DNA from: Candidatus Obscuribacteraceae bacterium
GTDB taxonomy: Bacteria; Cyanobacteriota; Vampirovibrionia; Obscuribacterales; Obscuribacteraceae
Direction: 5' to 3'
DNA length: 64,000 nt
NCBI GenBank assembly: GCA_044226015.1
Contig: JBGAHS010000005.1
Span: forward strand, 512,001-576,000
The position numbers and the translations under genes were made by a program. This document shows, piece by piece, positions 20,201-29,061 of the stretch. Positions within the stretch are counted from its first letter, which is position 1. Every line of letters begins with the position of its first letter. The notes under the pieces were generated by a model, which was not told the origin of the DNA, made no database searches, and worked only from the letters and a program-made list of their open reading frames with translations.

Positions 20201-23200
20201 GGTGATGGTGCCAGTGCCTGTTCGCAAAATACTCGCTTTTGGAGATTGTATCGTTACACTTCCAGTACTGGATGTCGCTGTGACATCAGCACCCAGCGTT
20301 ATGTTGTCTCCGACAAGGTTGGACGTGGTCTTAATCGTCACAGCAGTACCAGACACCTTGCCTGAAGTAGTGATCGCTCCCGCATGACTCACCGAGAATG
20401 TCCCTATCGACGAGGATGTGTCGACAGTTAGCGGCGCAGTTGCGGTGCTTGTGAGGTTGACTGCTGCCGTCCCCGTAGGACCAGTGGTGCTGGCACTCAC
20501 TTTGCTTGTGTTTATTTTCGCTGTAATTGCGCCTGTCTGAGCAGTTAGAGCGATGGTTGGTGCTGTGAGTACGTTAGAGCCAGGGTTGATGGTGCCTGTT
20601 CCACCAGCGTTCAAAGTGATCGTTGAGGTCGCTGTCAGCGGCTTAGAGATTGCCAACGTACCTGCTTTAGCGCCGCTGGTGTCGAATTTTAGATTTGCCA
20701 CTGCCGACTTGAAAGCGGTGGTTGATGCGAATGTGATACCACCACCGCGGTTTGTCACCGTGATGTTACCTGCTGGTGTACCAGCAACAGAAAGTCCACC
20801 TTTTGTGCCGTTCTTTGCCGAAGTATTTCCTAGCAAGAAAGATGTTGTGCTGTTTGAGTTAAGCGTGATGCTACCACCAGTATCTCCGCTACCATCAGCT
20901 AAGAGATCACCTGTAACCAGCAGATTTCCGATTCCGATGTTTCCAGCCGTCAGCGTGATGCCTGCTCCGCCGTGCTTGGTGGCAGGAACGTTTGTGATGA
21001 TAACGCCTTTAGTCGGATCGTAAGTCAAATCGCCGTTGTTGCTGATTGTCGCAGAACCTAGTTTTCCAGAATTACTACCCGCACCGACATTGATTGTCAT
21101 AATCGCATTGGTCGGTGCAAACGCTCCTGCAGCGGTACGTTCGAAGGTTGCTGAGCCGCCAGCCACATCGGTACCAGTGCCGCTCACGTCAAGGAAAACT
21201 GAGGTGATGTTGTTGGCAGACGCTGTATTCATGAAATTGTTCGCACGCAGAGCGACATTACCACCTGAACCATCCGGGGCTTGTTCGGGGGTAATGATCA
21301 GACCGCCAGGTAGCGGCGTAGTGAAGATGAGAGAACCTGTCAGCGCGCCAGTACCTACTCCGCCAGCCAGCAAGTTGATCGTGTTGGCGTCTGGTATTGC
21401 GTTTACATCATCGAGAGTTATGTTGCCCCCGCCAGTTTGGAGTGTTACTCCTCCTGTCTGGTTTGTTATTTGTCCGACACTGATAGCACCTTTAGTTGTC
21501 GTCACGCTGATGTTGCCGCCGTCCAGGCTGATGGTCTGTCCTGCACCTACAAAAGAGCCAGAGAGGGTTCCATTGTCTCCCTGTATGAACTCTATTGTTG
21601 CCCCTCCCAGGCTCAAATTCAGCGGTGCACCGAGTTCGATGTTCCCGAAGTCAGAGCTTGAACCAACTGTAATTTTCGAAGCTGTCGAATTGTTGAGGGC
21701 TGTCTCATCTATAAACAGACCACCACTGTCTACTCCGAGGCTGATTTTGGTAGAAGGAGAAGCTACGTCAAAAATGACCTGACCTGTTCCAGCGTTGAAG
21801 CTGCCAGCGTTTAGTATGCTGTCAGATTTTATGCTGATTATTTTCGTGGCAGTGACTGCTACGCTGTTGAAGTCTATTGTCTTTCCGACAGCCGCTTGAA
21901 CTGTTACCGATTTAGCTGCGGTGAGTCCGGTACCTGACAGCGTGAGGTCACCATTGCTGACTAAAGTCACTGATTCATTTTTGCTCGTCGCTTGCAGTCC
22001 TGCTAGCGAGGCATTATTTGTGATAAACATGTCTAGTGTGCTGTCTGCGGTTAAGCTGCCTGTGACTGCTGTCGCAAGAGGAGTTTTGGATGAGCCGATA
22101 TTTCCGCCAGCTGACAGCAAGAGGATTCCTGCCGTAATCTGACCTGAATTTGCCGTTGCAATGTCCGCCGACGTCGTTACTGTTATGTCGTCACCATCGG
22201 TACCAACTACATCATTAATTGTGACTCCTGAACCCTGGAACAGAAGGGTATTAGTACCAGCGGTGGTGACCTTGTCGAGGCTAATTGTCGTTGCTACCTT
22301 CACTGTAGCATTGTTTGCTCCGAGGTCGAGAGTGAATCCATTAGTGTTGAAACTGGCTGTTCCACCTTCCTGATCTATAACGAGCGCATAGGGTTGGGCT
22401 GAAATGTCCACATTGGAGGTGAGATTGATACTTCCGGAGTAGCCCGCAGAACCAATCGTCAGTGTTGATGCGTTTATGCTCTGCAAAAGACCAGATGTCA
22501 GGTTGAGACCTTTAGCTGCTGCTCCCAGGTTTATCGCAGTTGCGCCACTTGCCGGTATGATGGACACCGTCGCGCTGCCAGCGTCAATAGCACTGCCGGC
22601 ACCAGGAGCGGTGAATGCAAAATTATCTGTGGCGAGACTGATGTTATTGCTGTTTGACGAAATCGTGAAGCCATTATTCGCAAAGCTGGAGTTTGAGTTG
22701 AGCTGAATAGACACGGTTCCATCTGTTGCAAGGTTTCCTGACAGAGTCAGGTTGCCGACGTTTATGAAACTCACATTTCCTGGACCGGCTGTTGAGGCGG
22801 TCAAGTCTAGGCTTGCTACATTTCCGGTATTTGTAATGTCGACATTGGTCGCGCTGCTTATTTTGAAACTGTTGGTGATCGCAGTGTTGATTGTTCCACT
22901 AACTCCTATGCTACCAGTTTGCGAAGTAAATGTTGCGGTCTTCGCGGTAATCAGGCTGCTTTTGTTATTGGTGTCAATCGTTCCAGCATCGAGGTTGACC
23001 GTGCCTGTAGAACTTTTGATATTGCCATCTACCATCAACGTGTCTGAACTTGTGGTGACGATATCGATTGAGGTGCCAGCAAGTACAGTTGCTGAGCCTG
23101 CGATAGTTACGTTGCCTGTGTTGTTGAGCGACAATTTGAACCCGGCATCTGCCGCGAATGTAATGTCACCAGTATTGGTGATGTCGATATCACCTGTGGC

Positions 23201-26200
23201 CGTCACGTTGATAGCTGTAGCGACAGCGGTGTTCAAAGTGCCACCAGCCTGTCCGAGGATGCTTCCTGCTGCTGAGTTGATGGTTAATGAGTTTGCAGTG
23301 ACTGTGCCGCTTGAGTTGAAATCACCGCCTAATATTGTGACTGAGCCGGTTCCTGCGTTGAGATCGCTTCCGAAAGTGATGGACCCAGTGAGGTTTGCGC
23401 TGGGCAGCAAGGTTCCGCCCTTAATTACCCCATCTTCTACAGTTACAATTCCAGGGTTGCTGATGGTGATCTTGTCACTCGATGTGATAACGACATTGCC
23501 AGCAGTGCCTGCTGAACTGCTGTCCAATCCATTTATAGTGATGTTGTTTCCTAGCACTTTGACGGCGCCAGAACTGCTGGCTCCTGTAGAAGTGATATTG
23601 CCAACAACGATAGATCCGCTGCCTGCATTAGAGCCAGTGCTTGCCACAAGGAAGATGTCGCCGCCGACAGAGGTGTCAGAGCTATCTATGTCAACATTTC
23701 CGAGAACAATCTTACCGCCAGTGCTCGTGCCTGTCAGAGTGTAAGCCGTCTTATTCGGTCCTTCGGTTCCTTTGGTTGCTGGCGTGAAATCTATACCTGC
23801 AATCATCGTCAGGCTGTTACCATGCGATTGAACAGTCAAGTTGCCACCAGTATTAGTGATATCTCCCGCCGCTAGAAATGCAATTGGTCCACTGAAGCTA
23901 AGTGTGGCGACGGTGCTCAAGTCGATGTCGCCGCCGCTGTTGGCTATAGTGCCGGTGCCGCCAACTACCGTAATGTTGATTTTCGAGTTGGGTTGACCTT
24001 GCAGGTCGAAATCACTCACATTTCCATTGAATGTATTGAAGGTGAGGTTCACGGTTGAGTAGTCATTCGGGAAGCTATAAGTTGCACTCGATACATTCAA
24101 GTCGTTTTGAGTTGAGAAGTTTGCAGTTGCTCCAGGAGCGCTACCATCTCCCAGGTTGAAGGTCATGTCTCCTGGACCGAAGTTCAGGTTTCCTGGTGTG
24201 TTCAGGTCGCCATTAGCCGTAATGTTCACAGCCTTCCCGTTTATGACGGAGAAAGAGCCGTTGCCGTTGCCTGTCAGGGTTAGATCTTGGCCAAATGCAC
24301 CAATAATGTTGATGTCGCCGTTGCTTGCATTGAGGCTGCCACTATTGTCGACCGTCAGGGTCGCTGATTTGTTATCGTATGGCTGAATGCTGATAGCACT
24401 TCCCTGCACCACTACTGTGTCATCTACGGTGGTGCTGTCTGCAGTAATTTGGATTTGTCCACCTGCGCTTGTGTTGCTGCTGAAATCAACAATTGCGCTC
24501 TTTATGGTCAGGTTGCCGTCAGTCGTTACCGCACCAGTGGTATTCGGACCTGTAGGCGTGCCTATCTGAAGTGTTAGAGCGCTGCCTGTCTGAAGAACGA
24601 CGTCCTTATTTATTGTTTTTGACACGGAAGTGTTATCAATAAAGCCGTTTACTTCGATGGTGTCGGTGTTAGAAATTACCTGTACTTTTCCACCAGAAGC
24701 AAAACCCGTTGCGTCAATGTTGCCGTTAACTGTGACGGTACCATCACCTTGAACCAGAACATCTCCTGCTCCAGTCAACGTTGTGGAGGTTATTCCGCCC
24801 AACGATACGATATTTTTTGCAACTGCTTCCACATCGCCCTGGGCTGTTATGTTGCCCAAGGGATCTGTGTCACCAATTGAGCCTACTGGTGCACTTATTG
24901 TCACTGAAGAGCCTGATTTCAAATCGAAGCTGCCGTTGACTGAGCCTGTGGCGCTGAGCACCTGAATATGTCCGGCTCCGGTGCTAGAGTCAAGCGCTCC
25001 ATTTAACACCACACTTTTTGCAGCAGTCGCATTTCCTACGTCAATGTTTGAGCTTGAACTAATAGCATCGACAGTGATTGCTCCTGTAGCCGCATCGACT
25101 GTCACAGAGCTTGTGCCCGTGCTGTTGTCGATGGCTCCGCCTACAGTGACATCTCCGCTGTTGGTAGTCGACAGTGCCGCAACCGTGATACTGCCGGTGG
25201 AGCCTATACTGCCAGTACTGATGCCACCTGTTTGCGTAAGCACAGCTACTTTTCCTGTGCCAGCAGAATTGTCGAGTTTGCCTACTGAAATTCCACTTGC
25301 CTTGCTGCTGACACCATCACTGGTGCCGATAAAAATATTGCCCGATGCAGACACATCACCTACTCCGACTACGGCACCAGTGGATGGGTCTATGATCACA
25401 TCGCCAGAGTTTGCTGTGATGTTGAAGCTGTTTCCGATAATGTTGCCTGGACCAGAGCTTAGTGAGATGTTTCCGCCAGTGCTGGTCAAATTACCATTCA
25501 AGGTCAAGTCGTTGATGCCTTGCAGCGTGATGTCACCAGTCGTAGTGTCGATAGCATTTACTGTGAGGGTGCCTGCCGTAATGCTGACACTCTTATCGCC
25601 ACCATCAATGCTGAAGTTATTCGTGTCGACGAGATTGCTTGTGGAAAGGCTGAAATTGAACAAACCCGAGTTTACGATGTTATCGTTCAAAGTGATTGTG
25701 CCTGAGAAAGTCTTAGCATCACCAATCTGAAGTGTGCCTGCATTGACTTGTGTTAGGGAGGTGGTGTCGAAGTAATTTCCAGTTCCGCCTACGGCTATAT
25801 CAACATTAGAGGTTGATGGTATGAGAACGACTGTTCCGTTTGAGCCTGCATCAATCAAAGTGCCACTAGTGGCGAAATCAATTGAGTCGCTCACCAGAGT
25901 TATATTTGAAAGAAGTCCATTAGAAACAATTGGAGAATTAAGCTGGATTGAAGGCGCAGTCAAGGAAATGTCATTGATCGAAGTGATACCTGTTACCGAT
26001 AATGCTCCTACCGTCACTCCGTCAACAATCATATTGTTCTTTGAAGACACGTATATGCCGCCATCGCTGAGAACCCCCAGGCTCGGTAATGCACCGGTCA
26101 GGAGCAGAGGGTCAGTGGAACTGCCCACATCGAGGGCTGCGGATATGGCTACTAGCGGAGCGTTGATGGCACCTTTGTTTGTTGAGAGTACACTGCCAGC

Positions 26201-28996
26201 ATTTGTTTCTAGTCCCACACCTGTCTCTGAGACCAGTGCATCTCCATTATTGATGACGATGCCATTTGGATTGTTTACATATATGTAGTCGCTTGATTTT
26301 GTAGTTCCTGAGACAAAGTCTTGGCCAGTACTCCCGTTCAAGGTGATTGCGGCAACGCCTTTGCCGACGATTGAGACGTATCCACCAGGAGTGTTACTGT
26401 CATTTGAATTGTCGATGTTGCCTGTAACTTGAAGGGATGGAGTGGCTCCTGTCACTGAAAGGTCGACCACACCACTTGCATTGCCAGCACCGCTTGCAGT
26501 GGCATTGATGCCACCATTTACTGAGAGTCCGTCAACCCCAGCCAGGGTGACTGCTCCACCTGTTCCCGCAGTACCATGGCTATCGACGGCATTTACAGAA
26601 ACCGATCCGCTATTGCCAGTGAGGCTGATAGCACCTGCATTTCCCGCACTGGAATAAGAACTCAAAGAACCAGTAGTTACATCTTTTCCGCCACTTATTG
26701 TGATGTCGCCGGCGGTGCCTGATGCTACTAGAGTTGAAATGTTTCCAGTAACGATATCAAAGCTGCCGCTCTTATTATCTACTGCTACACCGGCAGGCGA
26801 TGTAAGATCGCCTACTTTCAAGTCGCCCTTACTTTGCACAGTCAGCAACAATGACCCTGACAGGTCGGTGCCTGCCATCAGCACATCACCATCTGATTGC
26901 ACTGTGATTCCGGCTCCGGTCAAAGACTTTGATACTCCATTCTGAGTGATGGAATTATTGGCAAGGACAAATATATTGCCCGAAGTGAATACAGAATCTT
27001 CAAAGTCAACTGAATCGGCTTTGATTGAGCTTCCATCATCTGTTCCAATGTATACATCTCCCTGGGAGTTGATTGGACCAAGGTTTGTGATCGAACCAGT
27101 CGGTGAGGTGTAGATTTTGATATCAGACAAGCCACCATTGATGCTTGCAGATTGTCCGTTAACGTTTTTTGCTGAGATATCAATGCCATCAGCTGTGGTG
27201 CTAAGCCCAAGGTTGATAGTACCCAGTGAGCTTGCAGTAAACTTTCCACCCGTGTTGATGAATGGCAGGTTCATGGTTCCGGCCAATGGCACTATGGGCT
27301 GCACAGGACCAATAACAAGTCCGTCCTGTACCGTAACTGCGGTCATGTCAGCTACTGCTGAGTATATCTCAACGTCACCATTAGTGCTGTTTAGCACAGC
27401 ATTGGCTCCAGTAAGCGAGTCACTTATCAGGCTGATTTTTCCTGAGCCGCTATCGATTAATCCGTTGCCCAGATTTATGTCACCTGAGGCAAGCATTGTC
27501 ACAGTGCCAGTTCCAGAGGTGTGAATTGAGATGGAGTTGCCTGCAGGATTGATGTTCTTTCCTGGGTTCGTTGTTCCGTCAAACGTGAGTATGCTGCTCG
27601 CATCTCCAGGGTCGTTTGCCGGAAATGAGCTGCTGCTGTTGTCTGGAACAGCCGTGAAGTTGTAGCCTGCTGAAAGGAAAACGGAGAAATCTGCTGCAGT
27701 TGTGCTGATTGTAGTGTTGCCGGTAGTGAGAATATCTCCTGAGGCTACAATTGCGAGGTCGCCTCCAACCACAGTCAAGTCTGATATTGTGATGTCGCCA
27801 CCAGCGTTGTAGTAGGTCGGGTCACCGCTCAAAATTTGTCTTCCTAAGAGCAAATCACCCTTCTGAACTGAGACGTGAGAAACTGAACCGGTTGAATTGA
27901 TGGCACCTTTGATTTGCTCGACATGAACTGCCATGTCCTTGCCAAAAACGTTTGTTTCGGAAGCTGCATCAATTGTGCCACCAGTTACGCTTACATTTGC
28001 CAACTCGATGTTGGCATCATTACTGCGCAGATTAATGACTCCGCCTTCCAACAGACCTGATACTGGGCTGATTGAGCCGAGTGCCTGCAAAACACCGTTG
28101 GTGTTGTTGATATTCAGGTTGGTTGTCGGGCTACTAGTATTGAAGTTCAAATAGTTTGCTGCTTGAATCAAGCCACTATTGACGATGTTTCCGGAGCCGA
28201 CGCTTATGTTGATATTTTGAGCAGCCATCACAGCTTGAGCAGCGGCAGAAATATTGCTGATGCTTCCAGTCGCTGCAATGTTTAGAGTTCCCGGAGTTGT
28301 GATTGTGCCCTGATTCACCAGGTTGCCTGCAACGTTTAAGTTAAGTCCTGCAGATGAGTAGAGTCCTGGCAGATTGGTGCCAGCTGGAAGTGAGCCAGAA
28401 AGTAAGCCTCCCGGGCCAACGTTGAGATTGGCTAGATTCAAAACAGAGACGATGTTGGGGGCCGTTTGCACCGCGAACATTGAACCCAATATTGATGTAT
28501 TACCACTTACATTTAATGGGTTGTTGCTATTGTATCCAACGGCAGTAAGTGAGACTCCAGCTGGGACAAGAAGCCCGGCAAGATTTTGCACAGTACTTGA
28601 GTTGAGTCTGAATGAACCACCAGAAGCTACACCGCTATTGTTGACGAGAAGGGTCTGATTGCCTCTTATCGCTTCGAAGACAGCTACGTATTGCGCTGGT
28701 GTGACCAGCTGCCCCGGAAGTATCGTAAGCGTCGTGCCACCATTTATGGTGCCATTGTGGACGCTGCCTCCAACGTGAATGTTCACTGGGGTCTGATTCT
28801 TCGCAGACAGTGTGGCACTGGCCGCCGATAAGTCAAGGTTTGTCGTGCCTGACCCTGGAGAAGCTGGAGTGCTTCCGCCAGTCGCTCCCGGGCGAGCTTG
28901 CGCCAGTGCAGACAATGGTGAAAGCACTGGTGTAACTAACATTGCAAGAGACAAAGCCATTAATGGACCTTGGGACTCTTTTCTTTTGCGAAACAT
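17294..28996 (-). CDS. Giant (3900 aa) secreted filamentous-haemagglutinin-like beta-helix protein with a conserved C-terminal domain
   Basis: Sec signal (…PLSALA/Q); continuous G/T/S/N/I-rich beta-strand repeats (e.g. G.I.L.A.GDI); globular ~170-aa C-terminus; GGAG RBS. Confidence 0.85.
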   Translation of the reverse strand: MFRKRKESQGPLMALSLAMLVTPVLSPLSALAQARPGATGGSTPASPGSGTTNLDLSAASATLSAKNQTPVNIHVGGSVHNGTINGGTTLTILPGQLVTPAQYVAVFEAIRGNQTLLVNNSGVASGGSFRLNSSTVQNLAGLLVPAGVSLTAVGYNSNNPLNVSGNTSILGSMFAVQTAPNIVSVLNLANLNVGPGGLLSGSLPAGTNLPGLYSSAGLNLNVAGNLVNQGTITTPGTLNIAATGSISNISAAAQAVMAAQNINISVGSGNIVNSGLIQAANYLNFNTSSPTTNLNINNTNGVLQALGSISPVSGLLEGGVINLRSNDANIELANVSVTGGTIDAASETNVFGKDMAVHVEQIKGAINSTGSVSHVSVQKGDLLLGRQILSGDPTYYNAGGDITISDLTVVGGDLAIVASGDILTTGNTTISTTAADFSVFLSAGYNFTAVPDNSSSSFPANDPGDASSILTFDGTTNPGKNINPAGNSISIHTSGTGTVTMLASGDINLGNGLIDSGSGKISLISDSLTGANAVLNSTNGDVEIYSAVADMTAVTVQDGLVIGPVQPIVPLAGTMNLPFINTGGKFTASSLGTINLGLSTTADGIDISAKNVNGQSASINGGLSDIKIYTSPTGSITNLGPINSQGDVYIGTDDGSSIKADSVDFEDSVFTSGNIFVLANNSITQNGVSKSLTGAGITVQSDGDVLMAGTDLSGSLLLTVQSKGDLKVGDLTSPAGVAVDNKSGSFDIVTGNISTLVASGTAGDITISGGKDVTTGSLSSYSSAGNAGAISLTGNSGSVSVNAVDSHGTAGTGGAVTLAGVDGLSVNGGINATASGAGNASGVVDLSVTGATPSLQVTGNIDNSNDSNTPGGYVSIVGKGVAAITLNGSTGQDFVSGTTKSSDYIYVNNPNGIVINNGDALVSETGVGLETNAGSVLSTNKGAINAPLVAISAALDVGSSTDPLLLTGALPSLGVLSDGGIYVSSKNNMIVDGVTVGALSVTGITSINDISLTAPSIQLNSPIVSNGLLSNITLVSDSIDFATSGTLIDAGSNGTVVLIPSTSNVDIAVGGTGNYFDTTSLTQVNAGTLQIGDAKTFSGTITLNDNIVNSGLFNFSLSTSNLVDTNNFSIDGGDKSVSITAGTLTVNAIDTTTGDITLQGINDLTLNGNLTSTGGNISLSSGPGNIIGNSFNITANSGDVIIDPSTGAVVGVGDVSASGNIFIGTSDGVSSKASGISVGKLDNSAGTGKVAVLTQTGGISTGSIGSTGSITVAALSTTNSGDVTVGGAIDNSTGTSSVTVDAATGAITVDAISSSSNIDVGNATAAKSVVLNGALDSSTGAGHIQVLSATGSVNGSFDLKSGSSVTISAPVGSIGDTDPLGNITAQGDVEAVAKNIVSLGGITSTTLTGAGDVLVQGDGTVTVNGNIDATGFASGGKVQVISNTDTIEVNGFIDNTSVSKTINKDVVLQTGSALTLQIGTPTGPNTTGAVTTDGNLTIKSAIVDFSSNTSAGGQIQITADSTTVDDTVVVQGSAISIQPYDNKSATLTVDNSGSLNASNGDINIIGAFGQDLTLTGNGNGSFSVINGKAVNITANGDLNTPGNLNFGPGDMTFNLGDGSAPGATANFSTQNDLNVSSATYSFPNDYSTVNLTFNTFNGNVSDFDLQGQPNSKINITVVGGTGTIANSGGDIDLSTVATLSFSGPIAFLAAGDITNTGGNLTVQSHGNSLTMIAGIDFTPATKGTEGPNKTAYTLTGTSTGGKIVLGNVDIDSSDTSVGGDIFLVASTGSNAGSGSIVVGNITSTGASSSGAVKVLGNNITINGLDSSSAGTAGNVVITSSDKITISNPGIVTVEDGVIKGGTLLPSANLTGSITFGSDLNAGTGSVTILGGDFNSSGTVTANSLTINSAAGSILGQAGGTLNTAVATAINVTATGDIDITNTGDITFAADAGFKLSLNNTGNVTIAGSATVLAGTSIDIVTTSSDTLMVDGNIKSSTGTVNLDAGTIDTNNKSSLITAKTATFTSQTGSIGVSGTINTAITNSFKISSATNVDITNTGNVASLDLTASTAGPGNVSFINVGNLTLSGNLATDGTVSIQLNSNSSFANNGFTISSNSNNISLATDNFAFTAPGAGSAIDAGSATVSIIPASGATAINLGAAAKGLNLTSGLLQSINASTLTIGSAGYSGSINLTSNVDISAQPYALVIDQEGGTASFNTNGFTLDLGANNATVKVATTISLDKVTTAGTNTLLFQGSGVTINDVVGTDGDDITVTTSADIATANSGQITAGILLLSAGGNIGSSKTPLATAVTGSLTADSTLDMFITNNASLAGLQATSKNESVTLVSNGDLTLSGTGLTAAKSVTVQAAVGKTIDFNSVAVTATKIISIKSDSILNAGSFNAGTGQVIFDVASPSTKISLGVDSGGLFIDETALNNSTASKITVGSSSDFGNIELGAPLNLSLGGATIEFIQGDNGTLSGSFVGAGQTISLDGGNISVTTTKGAISVGQITNQTGGVTLQTGGGNITLDDVNAIPDANTINLLAGGVGTGALTGSLIFTTPLPGGLIITPEQAPDGSGGNVALRANNFMNTASANNITSVFLDVSGTGTDVAGGSATFERTAAGAFAPTNAIMTINVGAGSNSGKLGSATISNNGDLTYDPTKGVIITNVPATKHGGAGITLTAGNIGIGNLLVTGDLLADGSGDTGGSITLNSNSTTSFLLGNTSAKNGTKGGLSVAGTPAGNITVTNRGGGITFASTTAFKSAVANLKFDTSGAKAGTLAISKPLTATSTITLNAGGTGTINPGSNVLTAPTIALTAQTGAITAKINTSKVSASTTGPTGTAAVNLTSTATAPLTVDTSSSIGTFSVSHAGAITTSGKVSGTAVTIKTTSNLVGDNITLGADVTATSSTGSVTIQSPKASILRTGTGTITGKTVTLSAPVSAGSVGTPLKVSAASLSETAADAYLENTAFGTSALTVTSAKATNVFSLKSTSAIVLTSSLTNAKNVVLDTSTLPGANGNITVNGSIGLTTATTGITILSSQSILGSGTLSTKTGQNGVIMQTGASGNVGTSTAPIKTNTDKIALLNSTTGLINLSDANTTGATVNSALVAGGIVKVAASGPMTFVGNVIAGNSGNGSVTITTKGTTVFNGKVNATGTGTLGSVSVTQTGGGQLQLNGGTASNLFSVSTTGAGINVNPGNDVSATNITLKTTGTNSSLSLGSKLLATPTTGVVNLTAAGTGNISGTQLVQGGSITFTTGTGNVGVGAGNELKIAASTVSVKSTGAVFLNNQGLSTLTVAAANPNNKSFELLSTSAVAMTATLSTASDITISASGGIALNGATLGGSKANSIILTNASTGDISGKAAVTTSATGTLTLTNSGNGNITGTSSTVGLKISTTKVNSINAKGFVNVNDAATTAMTFGTITGNQITLTTTGNTTFNSDITASGTSTGNISVVQTTGLLTVSSGVKINASGTTATVLLQEKANAATSGITLQSGVTITTAASTTKPTSPTTFPRLGQVSLIIGSTVPAPSNNTAPTGISVVTSGTATSADAFFGTTPTGIVATGTTVNIVNKSAVQMQAGTSAKITLTNVTITADPPASSAALTAPALTSLTPAHASSALKTAGNSQSLTIATPGSSTKESFSLSSNFGSNAYAMPIQTTNINNTVNPSIAKMLQGGVSETELSQELTPGFIGFGNADATFSSDKDFGFTSSASSLSSEHKVVDLAKGSVLFAPFVDTVVKTPFGDVEIAAKSVALVFSSSLGTAIFNLDDQHRDAVHVKAGEHRMHIAPGRHLTITNANIKDFGQVNAVEAIAYRNIKEQDLGNGMKVFSAEYSIPSAIASIKPLKTLCNSQHPEARKLSSHLMKTVASMLQMNRNGERYQQVFRPRMAAFNNQ

Positions 28997-29061
28997 AAGC
29001 TGTCTCCTGGGAGCGGTGTAGAGTTTTTTTTTTGAACGGATATAGCTAAAAGGTGATTTAA

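Noticed and set aside
17519..29021. Numerous Val/Pro/Leu-rich plus-strand ORFs
   Set aside because: They are antisense shadows of the 3900-aa gene.
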